NCBI RefSeq assembly: GCF_036321535.1
Contig: NC_087451.1
Coordinates: forward strand, 9,734,001 to 9,798,000
DNA: 64,000 bases
Source: Camelus dromedarius
Lineage: Eukaryota
Direction of reading: 5' to 3'
Part shown: piece after piece, positions 24,531 through 36,800 of the stretch
Layout: each line of letters opens with the position of its first letter
Numbering within the stretch: position 1 is the first letter of the stretch
Position numbers and translations under genes: made by a program
The notes under the pieces: generated by a model
The model's database searches: none
The model's input: the letters and a program-made list of their open reading frames with translations, nothing else
Told to the model about the DNA's origin: nothing

Positions 24531-25394
24531 TGGAAGATGCCATCAGATGCAGCGCGGTGTTAGGGAAAGAACACGAAATGAGGACTGAGTCAGGATCCAG
24601 TTCTACCGCATGAGGACTAACTAAGATAAAGGAATGTGACATGCCAGCACCCTGTCCTGAGTGTCCACTCACTCTCACAGTCCTGCTGCCATTCACACAC
24701 ACAAGCTCCACCTAAGAGACTCCTGGGTTTCGAGGTCTCCAAACTCCGTGGAAATAAACAGCATCCATAATGTTCTGCTCCTGAATCCATGTACGTCTGT
24801 GCCATTGCTGCATTAATAGCACCACAAAGACATACTATAGCGCATTAGGGACTGAAGGAGTCCTGGAGGCCACCTAGTCCAACACCCCGTACACCCCTTT
24901 CCCAGAAGAGAACACCAAGATCTTGAAAGATTAAAGGATGTGAGAAAACTCCCTGTCTCGTGAGAAGCCATGCTTTGTCCTCGAGCCCTGTTCTCTCAAC
25001 TCCCAGCTTTTTGCTCTTTCCTTCCTAGCAGTAGATTACTGTACTTGGTGTTTGTCCATGCACTGAAAAAAAAAAAAATGCACTGAGAAAGGTATCATTT
25101 TAATTAGCACAGAGGAGGCACGGGCTGTGGAGGAGGAGGGGGGAGAGAGTAAGGGAGTTCCAGGCCACTGCCTATGCCAGGCTCCAAGTTCCAGATGCTC
25201 TTGTCATGGGGCCACACGACATCTGTCACCACAGCGTTGGCTGGAGAACACACTCTGCCTGGCTAACATTTTAGGGGCTGGGAGAGAGGTGGGAACCTCA
25301 CAGAGAAAGACTGAGGTCTGTGCTTATATCCACTGGGGATTCATGGGGAAACTAACTGGAAAAGTTGGATGGTATAATGGGAAACTCATCAGAT

Positions 25395-25530
25395 CAAGAT
25401 TCAGTTCAAGCTTCAGTTCTGCTACTGATGTGCTGTGTGACCTTGAGCCTCTCCCTTAACCTCTCTGTGTCTCAGCTTCCTCAGTTACATTAAAAATAAT
25501 AACACTTGCTAGTCTACTTCATCCATGTTA
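25395..25530 (+). mobile_element. MIR SINE fragment
   Basis: gctgtgtgaccttgagc...aacctctctgtgtctcagcttcctca. Confidence 0.65.
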
Positions 25531-26311
25531 GAAGAAACCTCAAAGAGGTTTGATTATAAGAAACTCCCAAATTCATTTGTATGAAATCTAGACACATGGG
25601 AGATCATAGTGAGAGGTGGTTTATACATCCGGGGGTCTAAGAATCAAGTTAAATGAAACTGGCCAACCACACACTGCTTCCTAAGGTCCAGAGGCCGGAG
25701 ATACTGTAGTAGCATCCATCTTGGGGTCAATGGGATTCTCAAAGACAGAGGGAAAATGCTCTCAGTTTCTTTGTCATGTGAACTACAGCCACAGGTATCC
25801 TGGATGGAGAAACCTAGAATGCAGAAGGGGAGAAAACCCACTGGGAACAGGGGCCCAGGGAGCCTTGAGCACTGACTCTGAGCCCCTAACTCCAGGGACA
25901 AGCCGGGAGGAAGCCATGTCCAGGGCAAGAACATGTGGAGGAAGAAAAGGCAGGCTCTAGAGACACATCCCAAACATCCGGAACCCATTGCTGGAGCAGA
26001 GCACTGTGCTCCAGAGACAGGCTGAGCAGAAGATGGGGAGGAGCTTTGTTTTATTTTTGGATTTTGCCAAATCAAAAGAATTTGGGAAATGATGGAAACT
26101 GTTGTGCTGCAATGCAGACTCTGCCAGGTTGGCGGAGGCCTGTTTATAAGTAATTCAATCTGAGGCGGGAAGGAGCCGCACGCACACACACACTTAAACA
26201 CTCCTGTGCACGCATGTACCTTCTGCACAGGCCAGCGGTGGCGGGAGGCCCCATCCTTGTATGTTGATTCCTGAGACAGTGGCCAAGGCATACGGGCTCC
26301 TGGCCAGTATT

Positions 26312-26435
26312 CACTCATCCATTCATTCCAGTGTTTACGGAGTGCTTACAATGCATCAGGCATGTGATAAGGTCTGGGGATAGCGTGGGGAGCACAGCGG
26401 AGGTGGTCCCTCCCTTCCCACGCTCACATTCCATC
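26312..26435 (-). mobile_element. L2 3' end
   Basis: tcattcattcc...gagtgcttacaatgcatcaggcatgtgataaggtctggggata. Confidence 0.6.
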
Positions 26436-26569
26436 GGGCTACACCACTGATGGGAATGCAGGCCCCACGCCCTCTTGTCCCACACCTAAGTGAAGAAGGC
26501 GTGGGGGTCATTAGGGAAGAGATTGTCGGAGATGAAGAGCAAGGGGTAAGGAGATACCTGGCGGACACT

Positions 26570-27712
26570 GGCTCTGCTGACACACCCCTGGCTCCCACCA
26601 CTCATATTCCCTGCTTTGTTACCGCTCAGGCAGTAGTCAGGGACCCCCTGATCTTGGGGATGGGAAATACTTCCCCTAGTCCCAGGAGATACATCATTAT
26701 AGGTCTAAACCAGTCATGACCATCTCATTACCCTTGGTCTCCGTATAGAAATATGTGACTCAATTCTGGCTAAAAAACTACAAGAACTCTCCTGGGAGGG
26801 CTTCCTTTTCCAAATAAAAAGACAATGGAANNNNNNNNNNNNNNNNNNNNNNNNNNNNNNNNNNNNNNNNNNNNNNNNNNNNNNNNNNNNNNNNNNNNNN
26901 NNNNNNNNNNNNNNNNNNNNNNNNNNNNNNNNNNNNNNNNNNNNNNNNNNNNNNNNNNNNNNNNNNNNNNNNNNNNNNNNNNNNNNNNNNNNNNNNNNNN
27001 NNNNNNNNNNNNNNCCTATATGTGGAACCTAAAAAAATAACACAAGTGAACTTATTTTCAAAACAGAAACAGACTCACAGACATAGAAAACAAACTTATG
27101 GTTACTGGAATGGGTAGGGAGTGGAGGGATAAATTGGAAGTTCAGGATTTGCAGATACTAACTACTATATATAAAATGGATAAAGAACAATGTTCTTCTG
27201 TATAGCACAGGGAACTATATTTAATATCTTATAGTAACCTATAAAGAAAAAGAATATGAAAATGAATATATATACATATGTATATGTATGACTGAGACAC
27301 TACACTCTACACCAGAAGTTAACACAACATTGTGAACTGACTATATTTCAATTTTTAAAAACCCACTATAAACCAGGAAAATAAAATAAAATACTAGTTG
27401 AATCATCTGGGGGAAAAAAAAAAAAGACAAAGCCCTCCTGCCCTTCCCTTTTCTTCCTGGAACAGGAACAAAATTGCCTGGAGATGGAGGCACCATTTTC
27501 AAACCCTCAGGTGACATGTCAGCGAGCTAAGTGGACAGGACTGAGAGAACTTGAGTGGTTGGCATCCCCAAGCCCCTGCCCCAGAGCTGGACCACCTTCC
27601 TCGGGACACTCATCAGGTGAGAACAAACAAAAGACAAACAACCGAAAAAGTCCTATTTGTTAAAGCTGCTTTAAATTGGGTTTTCTGTGACTAGCAGCTG
27701 AAGGCATTCCAA
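26570..27712 (+). mobile_element. MaLR LTR (MLT1J/K-like) split by an L1
   Basis: atgtgactcaattctggc before the L1; ttaaattgggttttctgtgactagcagctgaaggcattcc terminus after it. Confidence 0.6.
26826..27420 (+). mobile_element. L1 3' end, partly N-masked
   Basis: acagactcacagacatagaaaacaaacttatggttac...tgtatagcacagggaactatat; possible TSD aaaaagacaa at 26816-26825 and 27421-27430. Confidence 0.9.
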
Positions 27713-28149
27713 AAAAGCCCGAGAGAAGACGTTATCAGTACCATTGTGAGAAAGGCACGTTGTGGAGGGGGAATGGACCCCAGCCCCTATGAAGGCCATC
27801 GGGAAATGAGGAGCTCAGGGCCGGGAAACGAGTTGCTCAGCTAACTTCCGGTTTGAACAAAGTCGCTCCCGGCAGCCTGTACTCTCTCAGGTGCCGCAAG
27901 TGTGTACAGTGGGGACCACCCCTCCTCCCTGGAGGGGCTCTAGCACCAAAACTCTTTTCTGAAGACTTACCAGATCATTCCAACCCCAATTTCTTGCTCT
28001 TTAACAGGAGTTGGTATTCTAATAGCATTTGGAGGAACCGTTAAGATAAGATTTTAAAGCCTGTGCATTATGTGTATGTGTGTCTGTGAGAGAGAGAGAG
28101 AGGTTGAGAAGGAAGTTCCTATTTAAAAGCTGCTATTGCTTCAGGTCTT

Positions 28150-28388
28150 GTAAGAGGGGCAGTCAATTGTCTGGGCTGGAATCTAGCTATTCCCTCCCTA
28201 ACCGTGTACCATTAAGTTCTATAACTTACACATGCCTCACTTTTCTCATCTGTAAAGTGGGGGTAATTATAATAGCACCTATTTCATTGGCCTATTTTGA
28301 AGGTTAAATGAATTAATTCATGTAAAACTCTTAGAACCAGTGCCCAGCACCGGGTAAATCCTTGAGAAATGTTAGCCAATATTGTTAA
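28150..28388 (+). mobile_element. MIR SINE
   Basis: tttctcatctgtaaagtggggg...aggttaaatga...atgtaaaactcttagaaccagtgccc. Confidence 0.75.
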
Positions 28389-28389
28389 T

Positions 28390-28780
28390 AATTTCCCTGA
28401 TTCTGAGATGCACGTGATTTCACATTTTTAGCATCTCTGAGATCATGATGTACCTCTCAGAAGATGGCATGTCACAGATCATTGGAAGCATTTTTTTTCT
28501 TCTTGATGATACACTGGGGGGAGGGTAGAGCTCAGTAGTAGAGAGCATACTTAGCATGCATGAGGTCTTGGGTTCAATCCCCAGTACTTCCATTTAAAAA
28601 AAACACCAAAAAACAAAGACAGAAAAAGAATGCAATTCTGACATATGCTAAACACAGATGAACCTTGAAGACATAATGCTAAGTGAAATAAGCCAGTCAC
28701 ACACACACACACACAAATTGATGATGCACTGACTAACAATTTTTTAAAATAATCTATAGCATCTCAGATTCAATGAAATG
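28390..28780. mobile_element. MER104/Kanga-like Tc2 MITE hosting a SINE insertion
   Basis: Imperfect TIRs: aatttccctgattctgagatgc (28390-28411) and gcatctcagattcaatgaaatg (28759-28780). Confidence 0.6.
28517..28717 (+). mobile_element. Vic-1 SINE plus L1 fragment within one target-site duplication
   Basis: SINE head (B box ggttcaatccc), A-rich linker, L1 piece gatgaaccttgaagacataatgctaagtgaaataagccagtcac; TSD ttgatgat(a/g)cactg at 28503-28516 and 28718-28731. Confidence 0.8.
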
Positions 28781-29469
28781 TGAAATTTTTACTGGAGCAG
28801 ATCTTCTTGTGGTGAAAGGGACCACTTGAGTCACCCCAAAGACATAAAGATATCTAAAACAAGTAGGCACCTCATTGTCACTGAGGAAGGAGTTTTGGAA
28901 GGTCGTCAAAGGCCACTCTGACAATAGTCCTTGTTTGTGATACTCAAAGGGTTCTAGTGAAGGGATGTGCAGATTTGCATAAGAGACTAACAGATCCAGA
29001 CGGAGATCGATGCTTTTTTGGAGTCAAGGTCATTTAAACATCTGAAGAACTGAGATTGTGCAGTGAGGTTACCTGAGCAGAGCATGAAGGGCCCCCCAAC
29101 GAGGAGCTCCCCAATGCGAGGGGACAGGAGGGCTCTTTGAGACAGAGCTGAGACTGTCACAGAAGGATAAGTTTCTCCAGCACCTTACACAGCGGAGGTG
29201 GGCGCAGGGCAGCCGGGGCCTCCACCAGCCTCCGGCTGGCACACCTGCATCCAGTGGAATCCCCAGTGGGGTTGGGTCTGATACAAAGAGGTATTTGAGG
29301 AATTGCAGCTTCTCCTGGGAGATCAGACACAAGAAAGGAGAGACAGGCATTCCTCTGATGGGAAAACAATTCAATTCGAATAACAAGAGAAGGATGCCCT
29401 TATTTTTAGCTGCAGCAGGCAAAGTGAGACATAGGAGCAAAATTATTATTAATTAGTGATTATCAATAA

Positions 29470-29720
29470 TATGACATTATTACTAGCAGGAACTAACATA
29501 CCAAGTACCTACTACGTGAGAAGCACTGGGCTCTGCACCATGTAGACATGATCACATCTACTCTCCATAGCTGGGAAGTGGCAACAGTGATTCCTTTGAC
29601 AGGGAAGCAAGTGAGACCAGAGAAGTCAATTAACTTTTCGGCAATGGCACAGCTGACCTGCAGCAGAGCTCAGGTTCAAACTCAGCTTGTCTGCCTCCAG
29701 AGCCTGGGTTAACCACAATT
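29470..29720 (-). mobile_element. MIR SINE
   Basis: taacataccaagtacctactacgtg...gcacagctg...ggttcaaactcagcttgtctgcctccagagcc. Confidence 0.6.
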
Positions 29721-29920
29721 CATGCTAGAAAGCGGAGTTTCTTCTTTTAATGGCAGTATTCCAGTTGATTCCCGACTGCCAAGTTTGCTGGGTGGGTGTG
29801 GCCTCTCCCCCTTCCTGCAGAGGTTCCATCACTCCTCGGGCTCAGTAAGCATTATCCAGGGCTGGCGGGGGAGGCCCTCTCTGCCTCCACACTCCTCTCC
29901 GACTGCCTCTCCCTCTGCAT

Positions 29921-30348
29921 TGTCTTCATCAGCTCGGGCTTTGCCACAGACCACCACAGACTGGTGCCTTTGACAACAGAAATTTCTAGAACTATGAGAA
30001 AACAACAGTAATTTCTCACAGTTCTAGAGTTCTCACAGTACCCACAGGGCTTGGTTTCTGGTGAGAACTCTCTTCCTGGCTTCCTAGTTACCTTCTCCTT
30101 TTGTCCTCAGATGACAGGGAGAGAGAGGGAGAGGGTGGTAGGAGAGACAGAGACAGAGAGAGAAGAGAGATCTCTCTCTGCCTCTTCTTATAAGGCCACG
30201 GTCCTATCATATTAAGGCCCCACACTTATGACCTCATTTAACCTTAATTACCTCCTAAAGGTCCTATCTCCAGATACGATCACACTGGAGGGTTAGGGTC
30301 TCAACATATGAAGGCAGAGGTGGTTGTGGAACAAGTCAGACCATAGCA
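29921..30348 (-). mobile_element. MaLR solo LTR, MLT1A-like
   Basis: atgacctcatttaaccttaattacctcctaaagg...tatctccagatac...accatagca. Confidence 0.85.
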
Positions 30349-30454
30349 AGCAGTTACGTGTTTCTTGTAATCTTTAAAAGAATGAAGTTTTCCATGAACA
30401 TCTACTCCTCCTAGGTATCTCCAAGAACCCAGAACTTTTTGAACCTTTGGAATT

Positions 30455-30778
30455 TCTTTGGTTTTATTTTCAAATTTTATTTTATTTACCTTTTAAATTT
30501 TTTATACAATTTTAAAGGTTACTTTCCACTTACGGGTATTACAAAATATTGGCTTTATTCCCCGTGTTGCACAATACATCCTTGAGCCAATCTTACACCC
30601 AGTAGTTTGTACCTCCCACTCCCCCCTCCTATATCGTCCCTCCCCAACTCCCCACAGGTAACCACTAGTTTGTTCTCTATAGCTGTGAGCCTATTTCTTT
30701 TTCGTTATAGTCACTAGTTTGTTCTATTTTTTAGATTCTACATATGAGTGATATCACATGGCATTTGTCTTTCTCTTC
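30455..30778 (-). mobile_element. L1 3' end (artiodactyl type)
   Basis: ggtaaccactagtttgttctctat...tagattctacatatgagtgatatcacatggcatttgtctttctct with T-rich tail. Confidence 0.85.
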
Positions 30779-30784
30779 CAAGAC

Positions 30785-31235
30785 CCCAGAATTTTAGATC
30801 GGAGAAAAATTTTTGAGGACATAAAGCCCAAACTCCTCATTTTACAAATGGGCACATGTGACTCGAGATATTAGAGGACTTGCCCAGAGCCACACAACCA
30901 GTTAACAGCAGAGCTGAGGTTAGAACTGGGTCTTCTGATTTCAGTGGCATAGTGGCAGATGTTGTTGGGTTTTAAAGGAAGGATGATGATGATGACGATG
31001 ATGATGTTTGGAGCTCCTACTATATGACAGGCATTGCATAATTCACTTTATATAACCCTGGCTGATTAATCTTAATCTTCCCAGCATAATGGGTATGATT
31101 GTCCACTAATACACATGCAGAAACTGAGGCCCCGAGGTGAGGTACCTTACTCAAGCACACACAGCTAGTTGGTGGGGAGTGGCAGAGTTTGAACCCAAGC
31201 TTGAGTCCAAAGTCCATGCTCTTTGGGTTTCACAA
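30785..31235 (-). mobile_element. Two adjacent MIR SINEs separated by (GAT)n
   Basis: aaactcctcattttacaaatg...ttgcccagagccacac and gcagaaactgaggcccc...gagtttgaacccaag. Confidence 0.65.
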
Positions 31236-31599
31236 TGTTCTACTTCCACTGAGCAAGGGGATACCCTGGTGGGGCCCAGGGAGGCAGCCCTATGGCTAGG
31301 GGCCAAGGTTTGGCACTAAGTCAAGGTCATGGACACTCAAGATCAGTGCAGAGGACCAAGGGGATGCCCTTGAAAGGAAGGAGAGAAACAGGAGACCAAC
31401 TTTGATAGCCTCCCAATGCTGCCATCGGGGAGTTCCAGGTACATCTGTTTTTCCTAGGGAATCAGGGCTAGTTTTTTTCCTTCCCCTTCAAGCTCTACAT
31501 CCTTTACAGGTAAACTAGCCTTGCAGACAAGTACAAACCGTGCCAGCCCACCCTCCCCTCAGGCTGCAAAGGAAATGAACTTGGCATTCTGTAGTCCTC

Positions 31600-32230
31600 A
31601 CCTGGCACGAATCGCGACGCTGCCCTGAGGGACAGGGCCAAGGCTGAGTGTCAGGGCTATTGTGTGGAGCCTTGAGAGAAGGAGAAGGGAAGCCAGCTTG
31701 CAGGGGAAAGGTGAGCGGCTGGCCCTGGCCCAAGAATGACAGGGGCCCCTTGCCCACGCTGCTGGGCTCCGTCTCCCCAGCCGGTGAACAATGCGGGACG
31801 CTGTCAGGAAGTGACATCGAAACGCGTTCCNNNNNNNNNNNNNNNNNNNNNNNNNNNNNNNNNNNNNNNNNNNNNNNNNNNNNNNNNNNNNNNNNNNNNN
31901 NNNNNNNNNNNNNNNNNNNNNNNNNNNNNNNNNNNNNNNNNNNNNNNNNNNNNNNNNNNNNNNNNNNNNNNNNNNNNNNNNNNNNNNNNNNNNNNNNNNN
32001 NNNNNNNNNNNNNNNNNNNNNNNNNNAAGCCAGCCGCGCGGATTCCTCCTGCCCGGCCGCCAGCCGGCACTCGGGAGGGGGGCCCGCCCGGAGCAGCGCC
32101 TCTCCGGTCCTGTCTTCCCTTCCCTTCCCCTCCCGGCGGGCGGCGGGCGGCGGGCGGCGGCACACTGTTGGACAGCAGCTTCGGCAGATCAAAGCGGCCG
32201 CGGTGCTGCTTTCCGGGGCGGGGAGTCAGG
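31600..32230. promoter_or_regulatory. Small CpG-island-like element (candidate promoter or enhancer), core N-masked
   Basis: Visibly CpG-dense; (GGCGGGC)n at 32135-32160; AACAAT 31787, CAGGAAGTG 31805, AGATCAAAG 32186. Confidence 0.6.
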
Positions 32231-32400
32231 AGGCCTGGGTTCGAGTCCAGCCTCCCCCACTTACTGGCTGAGACTCTGGGGTGTCCTCACTTCCCCCTCT
32301 CCGCCTCAGTTTCCTCAGATGTAGCCCAGGAGTATCGTAACCCCTCAGAATGGTTATTATGAGGCCGCACCTCTGAAAACAGCATTGAGAACTCACAGTG
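32215..32400 (+). mobile_element. MIR SINE
   Basis: gagtcaggaggcctgggttcgagtccagc...gcctcagtttcctca. Confidence 0.7.
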
Positions 32401-32499
32401 CTGCAGACATGATTTTCCGGCACCCCAAATACACGGGTGCTCCAAATCTCACATTAGAAAACTAAGACCAGGATTGAACCCTCTCCACACCTCTGTGCG

Positions 32500-32615
32500 G
32501 TAGATCTCATCACTCCCATGTACAGACAAGGAAACTGAGGCTCAGGGAGGGGGCGTGGCTTGCCCGAGGTCGCAGAAATAACAAATGGGAGGTTGGCATT
32601 AGAACTCGTCTCGCA
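32500..32615 (-). mobile_element. MIR SINE fragment
   Basis: acagacaaggaaactgaggctcagggagggg...ttgcccgaggtcgcag. Confidence 0.7.
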
Positions 32616-33674
32616 GGGACTCTGAAGCCCACATCCCGAATCCCTGTGCCGGTGACGCCCGGGCTGGGCCTCTGTCTGCCAGGAGGACATCTCTTATCAA
32701 AAGCCACCAGTGACGGTAAGATCAAGACAGTGTTCAGGGCCAGGCGCCAATCAGGGAGCCAGAAGGGAGGGACGGGCTCCCAGCCAAGAGGAAATGGGCC
32801 AGGGCAGACGGGACCGGAGCCCAGAGCCCAGAGCCAGGCTCAGAAGCTGAGCGCGGGTTGGAGGAGCAGGGAAAGGCCCCCGGGCTAGAGCCTGGGCCCT
32901 TGGCAGCGTCCACAGGTAGCTCTACCACTCAGGGTGACGCAGTGGGCTCTAGGAGGGCAGGTGCTCTTAAAAGCCAGAATCTGCTCGTTTGGTAAGAAGA
33001 GAGAATGAGGCAGCTGTGGGTCTGTAGATAGACAGGCTTACTTCTCACTTTCCAAACAGCTGGGTTGGGTGGGTGCTCCCAGGGCCTCCGCGCCAAGTCA
33101 CCAAGTGAATTCTGTCCCCAAATGTAAAGCCCTGGTGGGCCACCCACCCTGAAAGCTCCGCATGGCCCACGGATCCGATTTTCATTGGCCCACAATTGAA
33201 TTTCAGGATAAATAGTAAAAGGCCATCATCAATGAGTGCTTCGTCTCAAAAAGGCTGAGAGTAACCATTTCATTGCTGAAATTAGTGTTTTTTCACTTAT
33301 TAGCATCTTCCTCTTAAGTAAGTGATCTAGGTCCAGAGAATTCACTTTTTAATCCTCTCACGGAATTTGATTCAGCTGTTTTGTTTTAAACAGGAAACAA
33401 AAGGTATCCCATAACTTTGGTCATTTTCTTCTTTAATTTGCCCTCAGGAAAAAAGGAAGGAGGGAGGGAGGGAAGGAGGGGGGCACCACTCACACCACAA
33501 ACTCCATTCTCTGCGTCCTCATGGGAAAATCATCCCACCAAGCTAAGGTCCAAGAGGCTTCCAACAGCACCACCCCTGTGGCCCAGGGCAATGTCAACCC
33601 GTACCAGATCAGGTCTTCCTTTTTTGCACTGGCCACTAAAAATGCCCAGAAGTAATTCTGCATCTTTCCTTCCA

Positions 33675-33790
33675 GCCAGGGGACCTTGGGCAAGTCATTC
33701 AAACTCCATGAGCCTCAGTTTCCTCATCTGTGAAATGGGATTCAGTGGCACCTTGCCTCATATGGCAGTTATGGAAATGAAATAAGAGAG
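33675..33790 (+). mobile_element. MIR SINE fragment
   Basis: gaccttgggcaagtcattcaa...gagcctcagtttcctcatctgtgaaatggg. Confidence 0.8.
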
Positions 33791-34424
33791 ATCTAGTGAT
33801 GTATATATAATTATGTATTATTTATTGAGCATCTATTATGTGCCAGGCACATGGTCTATCTGTATATGTGTTAGAGTTTTTTGTGCGAGGGAGTCGTAAT
33901 CCACCTCAATACCATGGAGCAGGGGAGGTCCAAAAAACAAAACAAAACCAGTAGACTCCCGAAATGGGGACTCTGACTTGTCCTTCCCAGACCCTACAGT
34001 GGGCTGACCTGTGTTTTAGTCAAGTTTCTTTGATGGCAGGGTCAGAAAATCTCTTAAATATTAGGAATGCCATGGGGGGGGGGGTGGCAGCAGGTGCTAT
34101 AAAGACAACAGCGGGGAAAGACAGATCTTATTTGTGAGACTCAGGTCTCGTGGGAACTGGCGGTGAGAAACCATCACAAAGCCCAGGCACCGCCAGGCAC
34201 TGAGGGCTGTCTTCCTTTTGATGTGTCGTCTCCCAGAGCCCCAGCCTGTGCTGAGTGTGCTGCACCCCTGCTCTCCACTGGCCTTCCCTCTGCCTCTTCC
34301 CCATCTCTGGTAGCCTCTGCCTCCACAAGGCGAAGTGCTTGACATGCGGGGACACTGACACTTTCCAATCACTTTCTTCCTGTGGCCTCAGACTCTAATT
34401 ATTCTTTGCCCACAGGCTCTAGAG

Positions 34425-34660
34425 TTAGAAAGACTGGGACCTGAAACCCAGTCCTATCACTGACCAGCTGCTCTGTTTAGAGCAAGTAGCCTCTTGGACC
34501 CTCGGATTCCTTTTCTGTAAATGGTGATCCTCACAGTACCAACTTCATGGGGTTGTGATGCAGAGTAAATAAGATAATTAGAACAGAGCCATAGACATAA
34601 TAAACATTCAGACCCACAGTGGTTATTATTGCTACCGCTGTTATTACTATTCAGAGTTGG
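34425..34660 (+). mobile_element. MIR SINE
   Basis: agtcctatcactgaccagctg...ttctgtaaatgg...catggggttgtgatg. Confidence 0.6.
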
Positions 34661-35958
34661 AGAGAATTGGCTCACATCCCATTTCTCTCACTTGAGAAAG
34701 TTTCTTAACTCTCCAAGCCTCAATTTCCATCAAGGGGCGTCTGGCGCCTCCCTCCCGGGGCTGGCGGAAGGAGTTGGCGTGCCAGGGGTGTAGAGATCTC
34801 AGAGGGGCGTCTCTCCCTCATTCTTCCTGGGTGTTCCCTGAGCGTTTCCCTAAGAAGCCGGTCTCCTCCCTCCACCATACCTCTCAAAGATCTTACAGAA
34901 GCCTCAGCCCTTAGGGTCTGGATCCAGTCCCTGGCTAAAAACCCGTCCTCAAGAAGCCATAAGGTGGTAGAGCAGACTGGGATCTTGGAGGTCAGCTAAC
35001 CTCATCATCGGCAGATGGGGAAACTGAGGCCCAAAGACAGGAGGCAAAAGACCCAAGGAAGAGAGTAACCAACTCAGAAACAAGACTCTGCCTCTCCTGA
35101 TGTTCGGTCCGGTGCTCAGGCTGCACTTCTGTGCCCTCAGTAGGCTTCTCTCTTAGGAGTTCCCTTTTTCCTATTTATCAAGTACGCATGCGCCTGTGCT
35201 TCCAGAACCATCTCTATGACAAATGAAAGGCAAGGGCCTTGAGACAAACTGGAGGAGGAGGACAGCATGTCCGGAGACGGTGGGGAAGCGGTGGCCAGAG
35301 GACCTCAGCACGGCCCTCGGCAGAGCCAAGCCCCCCGCTCAGCCACAGCAAGAACGACTTGGGAGTCACTGGGGAAGGGAGCCTCCGAGCCAGGACGTCA
35401 TGTGAACAGCAGTGTCTGTGGGCCTTGAAAGTGAAAGGGGATTAGACCAGTGTTCTGGGGCTGGACTGTCCAGCCCTGGAGGCCCAAAAGCAGACCACCT
35501 GCCCTGCCTGAGACATGTTTGCCAAAGCACCAACATGAGAAATGAATTTTCAAATTGGACATTATTAAAAACAATCAGCTCTGATTTCAAAGGCTGCCAG
35601 GCTTGCCTCTGAGGCCGCACCCGCACCCGCCTCCCCGAGACCCAGCCCACCCCACAAAAACAACTATCCCGTGACATCCGAGCCTGCCCTAGGCAGAGAG
35701 TCTGGTGAATTAGTACTATCTAAAGAGGAGGGGGATGGAGTTACAGCCCTCACCAATTGGGGAGAATTCAGGAATCCTTTCTGGCTTAGCTCACGTTCCC
35801 AGTTGCTTGTCAAAATGCACGTGCCCAGAACTTCTGGGTCTTGACAGCCGATCTCTTGATTTCTGTATCAGAGTGGGAGCCAAGCCCCGGATCTGAGGCC
35901 AGTGGCTCTCACGGGGGAAGACTGGAGGGCTCCCAGCCACCTCCATCACCCGCTTTTC

Positions 35959-36000
35959 CTCTGTCTCTGTCTCTGTCTCTGTCTCTTTCTCTGTCTCTGT
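35959..36000. repeat. (CTCTGT)n simple repeat
   Basis: Directly visible. Confidence 0.9.
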
Positions 36001-36579
36001 TACCACGCTGTGATTCTGTTTCAGGCCACACTGACTCCTAACTGTATTAAGACATTGTTACGACCTCCAGTTGGTCTCCCTCCAACCCATGGTTTCCCCA
36101 ACTTAGGCTGAACAACTGGACGCTGCCCAGGTGCCATCCCATCTTACCCACTTGGTCAGGAGCAGGCCCTTGGCATTGGTGTTTGTGACGTGCCCCAGGA
36201 AGGACAAATGAGTGGGCAGGATGGAAACCCTGTGCCACAGCCCACCTTCTTCACTGCAGCCCCACTGTTCTCTCCAGAACCCAGATCTGCTGCCATCTCC
36301 ACGGGAGGAGGGGTACTGACCCCGCCCCTCGAGGTACCAGCTCCTTCTCCAGCAGCCAGGACTCTCCTGCCCCATGTCCTTTTACTCTCCCTTACACTCT
36401 AGTTGTTGGCGTGGATCTTCATGCTCTAAATAAACCACCTCTTTCAACTTTCCTGCTCAGACCATTCCATCTGCCCAAATGCCCAGCCCACCCTCCATGC
36501 CGCCCACCCCTGCATGGACGTCGAGACCCCCCTCACGCCCACCTGCTACTAGTTGCTTCCTGATGAGAGTTGAAGCCAA

Positions 36580-36800
36580 TGCTTCCATAGCACTAAGCAC
36601 GGGGTAGGCACGCCATACATGGTAACGGTTTGATGGAGCCCAATTCATTTCATCCTCACAGGGCCTTTCAAAGTGGGTATTATTATCATCTACATTTTAC
36701 AGAGGAGAAAACAGGCCGGGAGATGCAAAGTAACTCAGTAACTCAGTAACTCACCTGCGATCACACAGCCACGGAGTGAACCCAGGCACCTCGTCCTTTC
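36580..36800 (-). mobile_element. MIR SINE containing an 8-bp triplication (agtaactc x3, 36729-36752)
   Basis: catttcatcctcacag...ggtattattatcatctacattttacagaggagaaaac. Confidence 0.7.

Noticed and set aside
25644-26318. 224-aa minus-strand ORF
   Set aside because: No homology recognised, no splice context, spurious-looking composition
31515-32362. Long ORFs over the CpG-rich region
   Set aside because: Length comes from the N run and GC richness; peptides are low-complexity
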